A DNA stretch of 63,562 bases, filler included, from Octopus bimaculoides (Eukaryota): the NCBI RefSeq assembly GCF_001194135.2. It is 7 parts of 6 records of this genome, joined end to end, with 100 filler letters (N's around TTAATTAATTAA, not from the genome) between each part and the next. Parts side by side here need not be neighbours in the genome. Positions count along the whole stretch, not along the records: positions 61,314 to 63,562 come from NW_026437498.1; 6 more parts are not named here. The stretch is one strand, 5' to 3'. The notes beneath the pieces are model-generated. The model did no database searches. It was given only the letters and a program-made list of their open reading frames with translations, and was not told where the DNA came from. Position numbers and translations under genes: made by a program. Shown here piece by piece: positions 61,691 to 63,562 of this stretch (its first letter is position 1; the number at the start of each line of letters is the position of its first letter).

Positions 61691-63001
61691 GAATGGCATC
61701 GGACATTTTGGGGATCTTTGGTTTGTACCAGAGACTATGGTGCTTCCACATCCCTGAGTCTGTGACTCATATTGGCACCAGACATCTTGCTCTGGCTTGT
61801 CTCTGGATAATGTCAATAGAGTGGAGAGGGTCTATGAGGTGTTGTGCAAGCCTCATTGGACCTAAAACTAAGCACAGGCATTGCTGACCTCTGCTCGACA
61901 TGTGGGTTTTTTTTTTGTTTCCTATATATATATTTATCTTATTTTTAGTATATATTTTCTTCATTTTAGTATATATTTATATTTTTTTTATTTTTTAAAA
62001 TTTTATTTTTGTTTNNNNNNNNNNNNNNNNNNNNNNNNNNNNNNNNNNNNNNNNNNNNNNNNNNNNNNNNNNNNNNNNNNNNNNNNNNNNNNNNNNNNNN
62101 NNNNNNNNNNNNNNNNNNNNNNNNNNNNNNNNNNNNNNNNNNNNNNNNNNNNNNNNNNNNNNNNNNNNNNNNNNNNNNNNNNNNNNNNNNNNNNNNNNNN
62201 NNNNNNNNNNNNNNNNNNNNNNNNNNNNNNNNNNNNNNNNNNNNNNNNNNNNNNNNNNNNNNNNNNNNNNNNNNNNNNNNNNNNNNNNNNNNNNNNNNNN
62301 NNNNNNNNNNNNNNNNNNNNNNNNNNNNNNNNNNNNNNNNNNNNNNNNNNNNNNNNNNNNNNNNNNNNNNNNNNNNNNNNNNNNNNNNNNNNNNNNNNNN
62401 NNNNNNNNNNNNNNNNNNNNNNNNNNNNNNNNNNNNNNNNNNNNNNNNNNNNNNNNNNNNNNNNNNNNNNNNNNNNNNNNNNNNNNNNNNNNNNNNNNNN
62501 NNNNNNNNNNNNNNNNNNNNNNNNNNNNNNNNNNNNNNNNNNNNNNNNNNNNNNNNNNNNNNNNNNNNNNNNNNNNNNNNNNNNNNNNNNNNNNNNNNNN
62601 NNNNNNNNNNNNNNNNNNNNNNNNNNNNNNNNNNNNNNNNNNNNNNNNNNNNNNNNNNNNNNNNNNNNNNNNNNNNNNNNNNNNNNNNNNNNNNNNNNNN
62701 NNNNNNNNNNNNNNNNNNNNNNNNNNNNNNNNNNNNNNNNNNNNNNNNNNNNNNNNNNNNNNNNNNNNNNNNNNNNNNNNNNNNNNNNNNNNNNNNNNNN
62801 NNNNNNNNNNNNNNNNNNNNNNNNNNNNNNNNNNNNNNNNNNNNNNNNNNNNNNNNNNNNNNNNNNNNNNNNNNNNNNNNNNNNNNNNNNNNNNNNNNNN
62901 NNNNNNNNNNNNNNNNNNNNNNNNNNNNNNNNNNNNNNNNNNNNNNNNNNNNNNNNNNNNNNNNNNNNNNNNNNNNNNNNNNNNNNNNNNNNNNNNNNNN
63001 N

Positions 63002-63562
63002 GCACTTGAAAGGTAAGCGGTTTGCTACTCTAATAAGTGCCTATGCACCTACTTTGACTAGCTGTGATGAAGATAAAACAATCTTTTATACCCAGCTGAG
63101 AGCCATACTTAGAAAAATCCCCAATTCCGATAAAGTCATTCTACTGGAGGATTTTAATGCCTGGGCTGGAACAGACTGGCAAACATGGAACTCTCTGGGA
63201 CGTTTTGTTGTAGGAAGAATGAAAAGCAATGGTCTCATGCTGCTGGAGCTTTGCAAAGAACATGGACTTTACATCGCAAGCACTCATTTTATGCACAAAG
63301 GTGATCACACAACAACATGGATGCACCCAAGGTCCAAAGTTTGGCACTTGCTGGATTATGTCATCATCCGCAAGTGCCGCGACATTCATGACATTTGTAA
63401 TGTCAAGTCCTTTCATGGATCAGTATACTGGACAGACGACAGTCTGGTGCAAGCAAAGTTCTGAATGGTAATTAGAATGAAAGAGAGAAGAGGACCAGTC
63501 AGCATTCCTTGGCGTCTAAATGTCCACAAGGTATATGATGTTGTGGCTAGGAAAGAACTTCA
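63002..63562 (+). mobile_element. RTE (BovB-like) LINE apurinic endonuclease domain, running off the window
   Basis: TLISAYAPTL..FYTQL..DKVILLEDFNA..SNGLMLLELC..TWMHPRSKVWHLLDYVI..TDDSLV (APE motifs, partly mutated). Confidence 0.93.

Overview
Repeat-dense eukaryotic genomic DNA with many N gaps. The tRNA-SINE families, extreme (TA)/(CA)/(GA)/(CAT) microsatellite load and RTE/Penelope content point to a cephalopod, probably Octopus (inference from pattern recall, not a database hit). I cannot support any host protein-coding gene; nearly all listed ORFs are microsatellite or gap artefacts or pieces of dead transposons. Recognisable content: (1) one decayed Ty3/Gypsy Mag-like LTR element (53439-57552) with PBS, PPT and both LTRs; (2) RTE LINE fragments of two types, plus about 13 copies of an RTE 3' end with a (GAT)n tail and a variable array of ~66-bp hairpin units; (3) three R4/Dong RLE-LINE fragments; (4) two Penelope GIY-YIG fragments and several Penelope-type terminal fragments, often inverted, carrying minimal hammerhead ribozyme motifs; (5) a mariner remnant, a 476-bp MITE and three tRNA-derived SINE families; (6) six artificial 100-bp N/TTAATTAATTAA assembly linkers. 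The most interesting signals are RNA-structural: hammerhead motifs (best pair 48470-48745), a possible decayed HDV-like ribozyme at an RTE 5' end, the hairpin array in the RTE 3' UTR, and several long inverted repeats. Every ribozyme motif carries at least one lesion. TE boundaries were read by eye and are approximate (about +/-10-30 bp) unless a terminal motif is quoted. Family labels A-D are my own working names.
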